Virus record (IMG/VR): IMGVR_UViG_3300032236_001191
Coordinates: 36,558-100,557 of that record
Direction: 5' to 3' (one strand)
Source of the DNA: a virus
Length of the DNA stretch: 64,000 bases
Positions within the stretch are counted from its first letter, which is position 1; each line of letters opens with the position of its first letter. Shown here in pieces: positions 38,785 to 48,616 of this stretch. The position numbers and the translations under genes are program-made. The notes under the pieces were generated by a model. That model saw only the letters and a program-made list of their open reading frames with translations, had not been told where the DNA came from and did no database searches.

Positions 38785-39162
38785 TTAGTTATAATCTGGG
38801 TGATCTTGATCAACCACAGGCGCAGCTACTGGAGCAGCTGCTGGTGTTGAGTTTGCTGAAATTACAATATCCTGACCAGACTGCTTAGCTTCAACCTGTA
38901 GGTCGGCTGCGGTCTTAGAGTTAACGTCAACTGCGGCAAATGCTGCGTTGATCTCGTCAAGGTCAAGCTTACCATCATTCATAAAGCCACGAGCAAGCTT
39001 TTCTACAACTGCTGCAACTGCTGTAAGTCCAGCTACTGTAATAGCTTTAACAACTGAAATACCTGCCACTGAACCAGCACCAATAACTGATAGACCAGAT
39101 GCGGCAAATACTGCAACGATACGTAGAATTACGTTACCGAATAGTTTAATTCCTGATTTCAT
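38785..39162 (-). CDS. Membrane protein (holin-like)
   Basis: Two hydrophobic helices; directly upstream of the endolysin. Confidence 0.55.
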   Translation of the reverse strand: MKSGIKLFGNVILRIVAVFAASGLSVIGAGSVAGISVVKAITVAGLTAVAAVVEKLARGFMNDGKLDLDEINAAFAAVDVNSKTAADLQVEAKQSGQDIVISANSTPAAAPVAAPVVDQDHPDYN

Positions 39163-39347
39163 TATTCTTTTTCCTTAGGGTTGCGAAGACGTAGGGTAAA
39201 GATCCAAACAACAAAAGATACTAGTGTTACTTGTCCGATTACAGTCTTTGCTGAACCAGTAAGCACTAGCCATGCAGAGAACAAACCTACAAATGTCCAG
39301 ATTTCACTGAAGAAATCAGCTGAGATATCTTTAAAGAATTGTTTCAT
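39162..39347 (-). CDS. Small two-helix membrane protein
   Basis: ORF track; hydrophobic; coupled to neighbours. Confidence 0.6.
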   Translation of the reverse strand: MKQFFKDISADFFSEIWTFVGLFSAWLVLTGSAKTVIGQVTLVSFVVWIFTLRLRNPKEKE

Positions 39348-41824
39348 TAGTTACCAAATCTCCTTCGTACGGCGGCGATAACGGTTGTTAACACCAAGAT
39401 TTTTTTAGCTTTCTTACGAGTAATAGGGGACATGTCATTACCGATGTTAGCCATGGCAACGAATGCGTGGTTTAAAGCCTGTACGCCAGGCACTACCGCT
39501 AGGGCCCCAGTAACAGGGGTTTCAATAACGGGTACGGCAACGTCAGGTGCGTTGAATGTTGTTCCGCCTGGTTGTCCGATAAATGTATCAACCAAGGTTA
39601 TCGCATCAGGTGGAATTGGTAGGCCTGAACCAGGTGGTGGTGGGGGTGGAGTTAGCTTTCCATCTTCACCAATTACCTGTGGTTGAGTTTTAGTACCAAA
39701 GAACTCAATGCCACCATTCTCTACGCCTGCTTTATCTTCCTGCACGTGTGGCACGAGAAGTTCTTTTGGAGCTTCTTTAGGTATAGAATCAGGTAGTGAG
39801 TCTGGATTATTAGGAATTAACCCGGGGGTAGAAGATGAGTCTGTGGTGGGATCTGTGGAAGGTGCGGGAGCTGGCTGAGGATCTGGCGCAGCGGGTGGAG
39901 TATCTGCGGGAGTCTGCGGTTCAGGAGCAGGGTCAGGTGCCGGAGTGGGTTTTTCCTCTGGAGCGGGCTCTGGAGCGGGCTCTGGAGCAGGTTCCGGCTT
40001 TGGATCAGCAGTTGGGGCAGGTTCGTCCGCAGGTGCTTGAGCGTCTGGAGCAGGTTCTGAAGGAACAGGGTCCGCTACTGGCACGTCTGGCTGTATCTGA
40101 GGCGCAGGATCGGGTTGTGGAGCTGGAGCAGGAGCTGGAGCAGGCGCAGCAGCTTGTGCAGCAGCGGCAGCAGCAGCTTCTGCAGCAAGACGATCAGCCT
40201 CAGCTTTAGCAGCAGCATCCGCTGCAAGTTTATCATTAACAACAGTTGTAATAGTAGAAACGGTAGATTGTAATGAAGTCTGTACTTGAATTGATTGGTC
40301 TAGGGCTGATTGTGATAGTGAGCTGGCTGTCTGTAAACTGGCTTGGGCGTTCGCTTGTAGAGTTGCTAAAGAAGAACTCTCAGTAACAAGAGTTGCTTCT
40401 GCAGACGTAAGGTTCGCTTGAGCTGTAGCTAGATCCTGCTGTGCCTGATCGTATGTAGCCTGTGCTGCGCTAACAAGTGCGGCATTATCAGAAGCAGCAT
40501 GTACAGCTGCGTTATAGGCATCCCACGCAGCATTTCGTTCTGCAAGCTTTGTATCGTAAGCAGCTTGAGCGGTTACTACTGCTTGAGCTGTAGCTGGTAT
40601 TGCTGCTTGGGCAGCAGCAGCTGCCGCAACTAGGGTTGGATCTTTAGTTGTTACGGTTGCGGCAAAAGCACTAGAACCAGGAGTTGTAAAGTATCCGGTA
40701 CCATCTGCTCTAAAAATAGCCCAACCAAGTGTGCAAGTTGCCCCACCACCATTTTCATAATACCAGATAACAAAGTCTTGCTGCTTATCTGTAGTGGTGT
40801 TGTACATAGGTGAGTATGGGCTCCAAGTAGTTCCTTGGTCTCTCCAGTTATTGATAGCAAGAGCGCCATCAATATACATCATTGAGCCGTCATCTGATGA
40901 GACAGCGTATTTAACTGCGACTGCTTCATCTGGAACTGTAATGGTTCCCTCAAACTTAACAATTACACGATCTGATGGGCCGCCCATAACAGAGCCATTA
41001 CCCCAGTTAAATGCAATATTTGGAACAGTAGTTGTTTTAATTGGGGTTGTATTAGCAGTAGGAAGCGCCGGTGTACGCCCTGTACCAGCATAGACTGTAG
41101 CTTTAATCCCATTAGTTGTAGTAGTAACTGTAGAGGCATCTGCCGCTGCTTGAGCAATAGGGGCTGCAATAACTGCTGCATCTGCCGCTGCTTGTGCGGT
41201 AGTGACTTGGTCATGCAAAGGACCTAGCTCAGAATTTGTATTGTAAAAGTGAACGCATTCAGATCCCTCAGCACACGCTGCAGCCGCATCTAGGGCTGGT
41301 TGAGCATCTTGAGCAGATGTTAAATCTGTTTGGGCTGAAGTAACGGTGGATGTTGCTACAGCAACTTCATCAGTCTTTGCTGCCACAGTTGCTGTGGCTG
41401 ATTCAACTACTGCGATCTGAGCTGTTACAGATTCTTGTGCTTGTTGGGCTATAACTATGGCCGTAGTAGCATCCGTTATAGTGGCCTTAGCAGCCGTTAC
41501 AAGGGCTGTAGAGGACTCAATAGCGGCAGTTGCTACTGTGTTGCTCTCCACATAGCTAAGCTTCTCAGGGGTATCTACAATCGCTTTTACAGCGGTATCG
41601 GCTGCAGCTGTTGCAGAATCAATATTATTTTGGGCAGCGGTAACCTGGGAAATTGCTGTACTTAAAGCATCAGCTACTGTAACTACCGCTGTAGAGGTGT
41701 CTAGTGCTGGGGCAATGACGACCTGATCTGTTGTAAGTTCATCTGCGTGTGCAGTTAATTGTGTGCCTAACAAATAAAGAAATAGTACGAGGATTAGTTC
41801 TACGAATAATCGTAGTTTTCTTAT
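39347..41824 (-). CDS. Secreted / surface protein with PA14 domain, coiled coils, Pro-rich linker and C-terminal anchor
   Basis: PA14 motifs 'NFNWG.G...', 'SDDG...YIDG...INNW.DQG', 'WYYENGGGA'. The frame extends upstream to an ATA at 41824 after AAGGAG, giving a signal peptide ending AHA. Confidence 0.8.
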   Translation of the reverse strand: MRKLRLFVELILVLFLYLLGTQLTAHADELTTDQVVIAPALDTSTAVVTVADALSTAISQVTAAQNNIDSATAAADTAVKAIVDTPEKLSYVESNTVATAAIESSTALVTAAKATITDATTAIVIAQQAQESVTAQIAVVESATATVAAKTDEVAVATSTVTSAQTDLTSAQDAQPALDAAAACAEGSECVHFYNTNSELGPLHDQVTTAQAAADAAVIAAPIAQAAADASTVTTTTNGIKATVYAGTGRTPALPTANTTPIKTTTVPNIAFNWGNGSVMGGPSDRVIVKFEGTITVPDEAVAVKYAVSSDDGSMMYIDGALAINNWRDQGTTWSPYSPMYNTTTDKQQDFVIWYYENGGGATCTLGWAIFRADGTGYFTTPGSSAFAATVTTKDPTLVAAAAAAQAAIPATAQAVVTAQAAYDTKLAERNAAWDAYNAAVHAASDNAALVSAAQATYDQAQQDLATAQANLTSAEATLVTESSSLATLQANAQASLQTASSLSQSALDQSIQVQTSLQSTVSTITTVVNDKLAADAAAKAEADRLAAEAAAAAAAQAAAPAPAPAPAPQPDPAPQIQPDVPVADPVPSEPAPDAQAPADEPAPTADPKPEPAPEPAPEPAPEEKPTPAPDPAPEPQTPADTPPAAPDPQPAPAPSTDPTTDSSSTPGLIPNNPDSLPDSIPKEAPKELLVPHVQEDKAGVENGGIEFFGTKTQPQVIGEDGKLTPPPPPPGSGLPIPPDAITLVDTFIGQPGGTTFNAPDVAVPVIETPVTGALAVVPGVQALNHAFVAMANIGNDMSPITRKKAKKILVLTTVIAAVRRRFGN

Positions 41825-41924
41825 TTGAGGGTCTCCTTTAGACTATGCCCATAGTTTAACATGACAAGGTGTATTTTTACAGGCATAGTTACACCATTCG
41901 TAACTACATACCCGGAGACTGCCC

Positions 41925-42179
41925 GTGACCACAGCCGATAAATGGAATATTGTTTCTGGTGTAATTGCCCTATTAGCTTTTGCTGGTGCAATTGGTCACT
42001 GGGTCATCAAGAAGTATCTGGCAGAGTTAAAGCCAAATCATGGAAGCTCATTGCATGACAAGGTTACTCTTGAAGTAATTCCACTTCTAAAAGAACTCCG
42101 AGTTAACCAAGTAGAGATTAAGTCTCAAGTTGACAAGCTAGAAGGAAGATTCGAACAGCACGTCGAAGAAGGGTTCTAA
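41925..42179 (+). CDS. Membrane protein (holin / lysis-accessory-like)
   Basis: N-terminal transmembrane helix, 'ELKPNHGSSL.D', coiled C-terminus. Confidence 0.65.
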   Translation: MTTADKWNIVSGVIALLAFAGAIGHWVIKKYLAELKPNHGSSLHDKVTLEVIPLLKELRVNQVEIKSQVDKLEGRFEQHVEEGF

Positions 42180-42496
42180 TGTTTCAACGCCTTTCCGATC
42201 TAGCTGCCGAACATTTTGGTAAGCCAGCCTTTATCATCTTTCATCTTTGTTTATGGACCACCTGGTTCTTTATCGAACCATACCCCTTTCTATTTTTAAC
42301 ACTAATAGTTTCCCTTGAATCTATCCTCCTTTCTGGGTTGATCCTAAATGCCACCAACCGTCAAGGTGAGCTTGACCGTTTAAAAGCTCGTGAAGATTTT
42401 GACGTAGACATGGCAACATTGGAAGTTTCAGAGCAAATTCTTGCTATACTTAAGGCAGGGGAAAAAACCCCCCTTAATAACAAGGAGAACGAATGA
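42179..42496 (+). CDS. DUF1003-like membrane protein
   Basis: 'EPYPF.FLTLIVSLE.I.LS..IL...NRQ...DR'. Confidence 0.75.
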   Translation: MFQRLSDLAAEHFGKPAFIIFHLCLWTTWFFIEPYPFLFLTLIVSLESILLSGLILNATNRQGELDRLKAREDFDVDMATLEVSEQILAILKAGEKTPLNNKENE

Positions 42497-42684
42497 ACAA
42501 GCAGATCCAAGCAGTACTAGCCTCATATGGCCGTACAGCATTCTCAGCAGTCCTAGCTATGTACCTAGCTGGAAATCACGATGGTAAGGCTCTTGCAAGC
42601 GCAGCTATTGCCGCTGTAGCAGGCCCACTACTACGTGCTTTGAACCCGAAGGATGCCGCTTTCGGAGTCGGTGCATCCAAGTAA
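42493..42684 (+). CDS. Putative holin
   Basis: 'SY.R....VLA.Y......L..A.IAAV..P.LRALNPKD..FG'. Confidence 0.7.
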   Translation: MNKQIQAVLASYGRTAFSAVLAMYLAGNHDGKALASAAIAAVAGPLLRALNPKDAAFGVGASK

Positions 42685-42698
42685 AAGCATTATTGTAA

Positions 42699-42728
42699 TA
42701 GGCGGGGGGTATATCCTCCCGCCTCTTG
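42699..42728 (+). terminator. Hairpin terminator candidate
   Basis: AGGCGGG...CCCGCCT stem. Confidence 0.5.
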
Positions 42729-42767
42729 CATTTATAGGGTATTATAAGAAGGTCAAAGGAGCAAAAT

Positions 42768-42986
42768 ATGAAGTGTGTAATTTGCGGCACAGCCGCTGAA
42801 TTCATCGTAGAAAACCCTGGCGCTGCAGACGCAGCATACTGCGATAAAGATTTGCCATGGGTTGTCGATCGTAAACTTGACATGGGCGAACGTCTTAAGA
42901 AGTATTACGTCAAAAAAGAAGCTAAAAAAGAAGAGACAGTAAAAGCAGAACCTGCTAAGGAAGCGCCAGTAGACAAGGCTGAGTAA
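42768..42986 (+). CDS. Small Zn-finger-like hypothetical protein
   Basis: AAGGAG RBS; CxxC...YC. Confidence 0.6.
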   Translation: MKCVICGTAAEFIVENPGAADAAYCDKDLPWVVDRKLDMGERLKKYYVKKEAKKEETVKAEPAKEAPVDKAE

Positions 42987-43528
42987 TGCCATCCTCACAT
43001 CAAAACTGGCAATACCTGGGAGCCAGTGGATATTTAGGTGCATACGCTACTACAGGTGGTGGCGGTACTCCAGTTGTTCCTCGCAACGACATGGATTACT
43101 TACGCCTGGGCGTAGGTAAAGCACCTCAAGCAGAATATCCAGATGGCTATCTTGGAACCATTCGCTCTCGTCGTGATGACCGTGGTCGTCCAGCTTCAGT
43201 TTCAGATACAGTATTAGATTCACTAAAGGCACGACAAAACCAACGTGGTTACCAGCGTGGTGTGCACAAAGGTGAACGTATTGATCCAGGCGAATATTTA
43301 TGGCCAAGTGGTTTAGAGCCAGATCGTAGACTTCGTGCTCGTGTAAAAGAAGCAGATCAAGATGGCGTTTTAGTTATGAATGTTAATAGAAATGCTCCAG
43401 TTGTAAATCTAGCTCCTGCCCCACACCTTGTTAACGATGGTAAGGCAAATGTTTCAGCTAGCGTACCTGCAGAATTTAATCCCCGTTCTAACCAAGCATT
43501 CCGACACTTGAAACCGTTGTGGCAATAA
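42986..43528 (+). CDS. Hypothetical protein
   Basis: ORF track; coupled; 'AEYPDGYLGTIRSRRDDR'. Confidence 0.65.
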   Translation: MPSSHQNWQYLGASGYLGAYATTGGGGTPVVPRNDMDYLRLGVGKAPQAEYPDGYLGTIRSRRDDRGRPASVSDTVLDSLKARQNQRGYQRGVHKGERIDPGEYLWPSGLEPDRRLRARVKEADQDGVLVMNVNRNAPVVNLAPAPHLVNDGKANVSASVPAEFNPRSNQAFRHLKPLWQ

Positions 43529-43800
43529 TGAATAACTCTAATGATGACCGTCTTATTAACCATAGAGAAGTAGCTAAGATTCTAGGTATACATCCAGGAT
43601 CTGTACATCGCTATGTTTCTAATGGTTTGATTCCTGATGAAGCTTATATTCGTCTTCCAAGTGGTGCACGTCAAACCGGTAACACCCCCAATGGGCGTGG
43701 AAATATGATTAGGTTTTGGCACTCTAAAATTTTAAAAGTACAAGAAGATGCTTCTAGAAAAGGCAACCTTGGTATTGGACAAGAAGAGGGAAGAAAATAA
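43528..43800 (+). CDS. Excisionase / AlpA-like HTH protein
   Basis: 'LI...EVAKILGI...SV.RYV..G.IP'. Confidence 0.7.
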   Translation: MNNSNDDRLINHREVAKILGIHPGSVHRYVSNGLIPDEAYIRLPSGARQTGNTPNGRGNMIRFWHSKILKVQEDASRKGNLGIGQEEGRK

Positions 43801-44150
43801 TGCAATCACAAGATGGCATCTATGACCATACTAAAGGTCGTCCCATCATCGACAACGGCCCAGAGATCCGGTATGACTGGATGGGACCTTTTGCTGATAC
43901 TCAAGAAGCGTTGATTACCCGAGCTGTTCGCTCCGTAACAATGCCGGCAACTATGATCCAAGATTTAGTTCGCCCACCCCTACCAAATGTTCAGCTATTC
44001 CCACCACGCTTTGGCTACCGCACTCGTGCTTTGGGATTAAATGACGTTTTGGATGTTAATATTGAATTCCAGCCTACCCGCACTGATTTTAGCCAGTCTC
44101 CAGGTTCATACCAGGGAACTAGCCGCAACGTCTCAGAAAGCGTCTGGTAA
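43800..44150 (+). CDS. Hypothetical protein
   Basis: ORF track; TAATG coupling. Confidence 0.6.
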   Translation: MQSQDGIYDHTKGRPIIDNGPEIRYDWMGPFADTQEALITRAVRSVTMPATMIQDLVRPPLPNVQLFPPRFGYRTRALGLNDVLDVNIEFQPTRTDFSQSPGSYQGTSRNVSESVW

Positions 44151-44332
44151 TGGCTGAGGATATCTCTACAGATACCTTCTATGAGGGTAGCCAAATCTGC
44201 CGCAAATGTGGTAAGCTTATGAGTCCCCTAGAGGTTATGTACATGGACGGCAATGTCTGTACCGAGTGCAGAAATCTTCGGTTTAAGGCTCACATAAAGA
44301 GCGGAATGGGAGATACTTACACCCGTGATTAA
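44150..44332 (+). CDS. Small Zn-finger protein
   Basis: CRKC...CTEC. Confidence 0.6.
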   Translation: MAEDISTDTFYEGSQICRKCGKLMSPLEVMYMDGNVCTECRNLRFKAHIKSGMGDTYTRD

Positions 44333-44486
44333 GAAGAAATCCGTTTTAACAGGTTCGCTAGCTAAGGCTGATCCTTTGAAGAGGGCTAAGGTAGTCCCAA
44401 TCAAAGTTAAGACTATGGCAAGTGTTGCCAAAGAACAAGAAGCTATCAAGCTTAAGAAAAAGAAACCGGCAGGTAAGAAGAAGTGA
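44325..44486 (+). CDS. Small Lys-rich protein (53 aa)
   Basis: Translated by hand; GTG start after GGGAG; overlaps both neighbours. Confidence 0.5.
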   Translation: MIKKKSVLTGSLAKADPLKRAKVVPIKVKTMASVAKEQEAIKLKKKKPAGKKK

Positions 44487-44674
44487 AGATTCTAGGAATT
44501 ACCTCAATGCCTCGCAGAGAAGGTCGTGCGGAACGCCGTGCAAAGTCTTCTCGTGCTACTGAGCTTGGTATTGCCGGACACCAAGCAGCTATGGCTGCGC
44601 TTAAGCCACAAGAAATGGTTCGAGCACACGTACCAACATCAGATTTTGCAGAAGATACCGAGAGGAAACAATAA
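44483..44674 (+). CDS. Hypothetical protein
   Basis: ORF track; GTGA overlap. Confidence 0.55.
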   Translation: MKILGITSMPRREGRAERRAKSSRATELGIAGHQAAMAALKPQEMVRAHVPTSDFAEDTERKQ

Positions 44675-44952
44675 TGGCAGTTAATGAATCACGTTCACTA
44701 ACAAAAAGCTTAGCTGACGGAGCAACCGACGGTAAGTACCGTAAGGTTCGCCCTAACACAGAGGTAGCACGTGGTATGGGAGACGAACTCGTCTCAGCTA
44801 ACCGCCGTGGCCTACACCCATATTGGAACTATGATTATATTGAACAGGAAGCAGCTGTAAAGGTAGCTCCTGGATCAATGGACAAAGCTTCAGCTGGCCG
44901 TGCCGCTGGTGCAGACCGTATGTTTGATAACGAAATGGGCGCTAACTACTAA
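44674..44952 (+). CDS. Hypothetical protein
   Basis: ORF track; GAGGA RBS. Confidence 0.65.
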   Translation: MAVNESRSLTKSLADGATDGKYRKVRPNTEVARGMGDELVSANRRGLHPYWNYDYIEQEAAVKVAPGSMDKASAGRAAGADRMFDNEMGANY

Positions 44953-45332
44953 TGGCTGACGACGGCAAGAAGAAATCGCTTAAAGACAAGCTGAAGTCTT
45001 CTCCTGCCGCAAAACAACTTAAAGAAGAAGGACCTATGAAGGTCGCTAAAACTTTAGGTAGCTTAGCTAAAGAAGGCATGGGCGAAGTAAAAGACAAAGT
45101 CCTAGATACTATTATGCCTTTAGATAATACCCACATGCAAACTCGTCAAGGACATTTTGAGCAAGCACATGACATTGCTGTTCGTGGGGAAGATGTACCA
45201 CACGCTGAAGGTATGATCCACACATATCATTCTAATGGTATGAGTGCAGGAACTTTCAGAGATGGAAATGTAAGCTCTATCATGAATGGCTTTGCAAATA
45301 GAGCTCGTAAGCTACCACCGGAAGGTTACTAA
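44952..45332 (+). CDS. Hypothetical protein
   Basis: ORF track; coupled. Confidence 0.6.
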   Translation: MADDGKKKSLKDKLKSSPAAKQLKEEGPMKVAKTLGSLAKEGMGEVKDKVLDTIMPLDNTHMQTRQGHFEQAHDIAVRGEDVPHAEGMIHTYHSNGMSAGTFRDGNVSSIMNGFANRARKLPPEGY

Positions 45333-45333
45333 T

Positions 45334-45582
45334 ATGGCTACCCCACCACGTAGAGAATTTCGTCGTCCACCTGTACGCATGCGTAAAACAAACTGTGCTC
45401 CAGGTGAGAACTGCAATAATTGTTACCGCTGCGGTGTAGAAGCTGATATTGCACGTCGTGCTGCACTTCCTGCAGATCATCCAGAGCATGCTATTGATGA
45501 TAGCGATACTACTGGAACTATGGGCATTCGTGATAACGCTGCTTTAAGAAAGAACGCAACAGAGCTCAGAAACGGTAAGTAA
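45334..45582 (+). CDS. Cys-cluster hypothetical protein
   Basis: C....C..C..C; start reassigned to 45334. Confidence 0.55.
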   Translation: MATPPRREFRRPPVRMRKTNCAPGENCNNCYRCGVEADIARRAALPADHPEHAIDDSDTTGTMGIRDNAALRKNATELRNGK

Positions 45583-45584
45583 TC

Positions 45585-46667
45585 ATGGCGCAAGATGAAG
45601 ACTACCATGTTGATCCCGAAGATAGTACTGAGATATCTAGCACCTCACTAGTACAAAGAAAACCTAAATTAACTCGCACACGCCGTGTTATCCCTGAAAG
45701 TTTTTCAGAACGTCAAGAACCTTGCTATAACTGCGACGAATGCGATAGCGGTAATCCGGAAAGCTGTACAAAACCAATTAAGGTTTTAACACATAAGCCC
45801 GAACAAGTTGCTAACAGCTTAACTCATTTACATGATGATATTGCTCGCAGCCATAAATCAACTATTAACTGTGAATTTTCAGCCCCTGGTTCAGCAGGCC
45901 ACACCGGTAAGGCAACCCACTTTGTTCGTTTACCTGGGCAACCTCGTGAAGGAACTTGGGCCGTATGTACTGGACACGCAAAAGAAGTTTCTGCTGCAGC
46001 ATCCAGAAAAGGCGAACATGATCAGCTAGACATCAAGCCTATTAATATTCGCCATGTTCGTTCATGGAAAATACTTCAAGCTCAAAATAGAGAAGAAGTA
46101 AGAACATACCTAGAGGCAGCCCTTCGCTCTCAAGGTATGCGTGGAGAAGATGAGCTTTTTGCTCCAAAGGGCCCTGGTGGTCGTAAACCTCACGTTGCAC
46201 CACCTTCTGGTGGAACCTTTGTTAATCCTTCCGGTTCTGGTGCACCACTCATGTCTGAGGAAGAGGCTGCAGACTATAATAGTGCACGTGAAAAAGACAA
46301 AATTGCAACTGGTAAAAAACCTCCTGAGTATAATCTTAGTAAGCAACCTAGGGGAGTTTACATAGGCAACAAAGCTTCTAAGTCTAGAGTAGACGATCCC
46401 TCAGAAGGTAAGAAAAAGCATAGAGGTGGTTTTACCAAGCCTGAGGATATCGAAGGTGATTCAAGCGTAGCTATAACCATCTCTGGATGGAAACCACGCC
46501 CTAGCCGTTTAGATAGAGCACTTGAAACGGTTGGTGAGGAACATGCTGAGCGTGCTATCATTGCGTTTAATCAATCACGACAGGCTCGCAAACAACAGGC
46601 TATTCAGCAAAGAAAAAATCAAGAATTTGGTCTAGGAAGTGGCACGAGACGGGAACTGGAAGACTAA
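45585..46667 (+). CDS. Hypothetical protein with Cys/His clusters
   Basis: ORF track; CYNCDEC.....SC. Confidence 0.6.
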   Translation: MAQDEDYHVDPEDSTEISSTSLVQRKPKLTRTRRVIPESFSERQEPCYNCDECDSGNPESCTKPIKVLTHKPEQVANSLTHLHDDIARSHKSTINCEFSAPGSAGHTGKATHFVRLPGQPREGTWAVCTGHAKEVSAAASRKGEHDQLDIKPINIRHVRSWKILQAQNREEVRTYLEAALRSQGMRGEDELFAPKGPGGRKPHVAPPSGGTFVNPSGSGAPLMSEEEAADYNSAREKDKIATGKKPPEYNLSKQPRGVYIGNKASKSRVDDPSEGKKKHRGGFTKPEDIEGDSSVAITISGWKPRPSRLDRALETVGEEHAERAIIAFNQSRQARKQQAIQQRKNQEFGLGSGTRRELED

Positions 46668-46708
46668 TCTGTAGTAAGATAGTACAGTAAATCTTTCGGA
46701 GGAGCAAT

Positions 46709-47290
46709 ATGTCTATTCCCATTCTTGGGCAGGGAAACAACCCTGCTGACCAAGGCACGTACACAGAAATCAAGGACGATGGTCCTAAGATTCGCCTGCT
46801 TTATTGCTATAACTGTAAAACTATTGAGGAGATCCCTGACTTTGAGGGTAATCCAGATGATGACGTTATGCTACAGGTACTTGTAGAACGTCATGAATCT
46901 GCTGGCATTCCTCACACAGGCTTCCTTGCAAAGATTGGTTTAAAAACCTATTCACGCCCTGAAGTTAAGAAGCAAGTTATTGAAAACCTACGAAATAAAG
47001 TGGGTGGAGGTCTTGCTGATATTGACCCTGATTATTATACAACTAAAGCAACATTTTACGATGATGCTATGAAGTGTTTTTCAGAACACTTAAGACCAAC
47101 CGAAGGATGTGGGGACTGGCGAGCAAAAAACAAGCGCCTAGTTCCAAAAAACACAGCAGAGTTACGTAAGGAAATAGGCCTAGTTAGTGCTTCTAAATCA
47201 GCAAGTACTAACGTCTTCCTTTGTGACTTCTGTCCAGTAAAAACCCATATGGTAACTCAGCAGCGCAAAGCTGCTGGCCTATACGAATAA
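46709..47290 (+). CDS. Zn-binding hypothetical protein
   Basis: GGAGGAG RBS; CYNC and CDFCP. Confidence 0.65.
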   Translation: MSIPILGQGNNPADQGTYTEIKDDGPKIRLLYCYNCKTIEEIPDFEGNPDDDVMLQVLVERHESAGIPHTGFLAKIGLKTYSRPEVKKQVIENLRNKVGGGLADIDPDYYTTKATFYDDAMKCFSEHLRPTEGCGDWRAKNKRLVPKNTAELRKEIGLVSASKSASTNVFLCDFCPVKTHMVTQQRKAAGLYE

Positions 47291-47300
47291 GGAGCAATAA

Positions 47301-47624
47301 ATGACTGACGAGTCTACAGCTACAGTAGAAGACGCAACAATCATCGGAACTGATGGGCAACCAGAAGTAGATCTTCCAAAGATCAAAGCGGGATTTGTTG
47401 TCCTCTTTGACCAAGATGGAACTATGTATATTGAACGCAATAAGGCAGCAATTGCTGGTGTAGAAGTTGAACGTGACGCTACTCTTATTGAAGTTCGCCG
47501 TTATGCACAGGAAATCATCTTCGACCTTGCAGCACAGGCAGCCGCTGAATATACCAGCCTTCGCCTAGCACCTCAAGCTTCCCAGGTACCTCTAACAGAG
47601 GCACCAGCACCAACAGAAGCCTAA
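47301..47624 (+). CDS. Hypothetical protein
   Basis: AAGGAG RBS. Confidence 0.65.
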   Translation: MTDESTATVEDATIIGTDGQPEVDLPKIKAGFVVLFDQDGTMYIERNKAAIAGVEVERDATLIEVRRYAQEIIFDLAAQAAAEYTSLRLAPQASQVPLTEAPAPTEA

Positions 47625-47667
47625 TTATGTAGAGACGTAACGACCATTCATAGGGGAGAATAAGCGC

Positions 47668-48582
47668 ATGACATACGAAGACATTACAGCGCCTCAGGTA
47701 ATACCTGGCTCTACTTCGTATTTTAGCGCCCCATCTGCTGAACTAGATCCAAAGCTCTTTGACAACAATGGATTAAAGACATGGGTTCGAAACGGCATAC
47801 TCTCTTTATTGTTTGATCACCTGGCCCGCACCTACACTAATCCACACAAGTGGACAAAAGTGTGGCTTGCGGGCTCAGGCGTTTCTTATCAGTGGGAGGC
47901 TGCACGGCAGCCAGGAGACCTAGATTGTCTCGTAGGAATTAACTATGTTGAGTTTAGACGCTCTAATCCTGAATACCAAGGTTATTCAGATCAAGAGATT
48001 GCTTCTACATTCAATGAGGGATTCAACGAAGAGCTCACTCCAACAACCCGTAACTGGGAAGGCTATGAGCTTACATTCTATGTTAATGAGCAGAGTGATA
48101 TCCGTGATATCAATCCTTATGCAGCCTATGATCTTATTGCAGACACTTGGACTGTATCACCAGATAAAAATCCACAAGCTCCATATAGTCGTGCTTGGGA
48201 ACAAAAAGCTCAGCGAGACGCCGAGATCGCAGCTGAACTTGTAAAGCGTTACTCAACAGCTCTTAATGAGGTTAGAAGCTCCGTTAATCCAGCTCACCGT
48301 ATTAATGCTGAGAGTAAATTAAAGCTTGCTAGTGAGCAGGCTACTAGATATTTTGAAGATATACACGCATCAAGACGAATAGCGTTTAGTCAGGTTGGCT
48401 CTGGATATTCTGACTTCAATAACTATCGTTGGCAGGCTGGAAAGCGGTCAGGTGCCATACAGGCTTTAAGAAGCATTAAAGACCAAAGAGATGCTATGGA
48501 ACTAGAGAATCAAAAGAAGATATACGGTGTAGAATTGCCAACTACGGACGCTTTGATTAGGCGGTCGTTAAGAAAGAAGTAG
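47668..48582 (+). CDS. Pol-beta-superfamily nucleotidyltransferase
   Basis: 'WLAGSG.SY.W.....GDLDCLV' GS/DxD motif; downstream acidic strand 'YELTFYV'. Confidence 0.75.
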   Translation: MTYEDITAPQVIPGSTSYFSAPSAELDPKLFDNNGLKTWVRNGILSLLFDHLARTYTNPHKWTKVWLAGSGVSYQWEAARQPGDLDCLVGINYVEFRRSNPEYQGYSDQEIASTFNEGFNEELTPTTRNWEGYELTFYVNEQSDIRDINPYAAYDLIADTWTVSPDKNPQAPYSRAWEQKAQRDAEIAAELVKRYSTALNEVRSSVNPAHRINAESKLKLASEQATRYFEDIHASRRIAFSQVGSGYSDFNNYRWQAGKRSGAIQALRSIKDQRDAMELENQKKIYGVELPTTDALIRRSLRKK

Positions 48583-48616
48583 CAACAACCGGTAAACAAC
48601 TAGGATTAGGAACAAA

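Noticed and set aside
38940-38990. EF-hand in the membrane protein (NDGKLDLDE)
   Set aside because: Positions 1 and 3 of the canonical loop are not acidic, so the match is only partial.
39950-40150. Tandem 6-12 bp repeats as a separate repeat element
   Set aside because: They simply encode the PEPA/PA linker of the PA14 protein.
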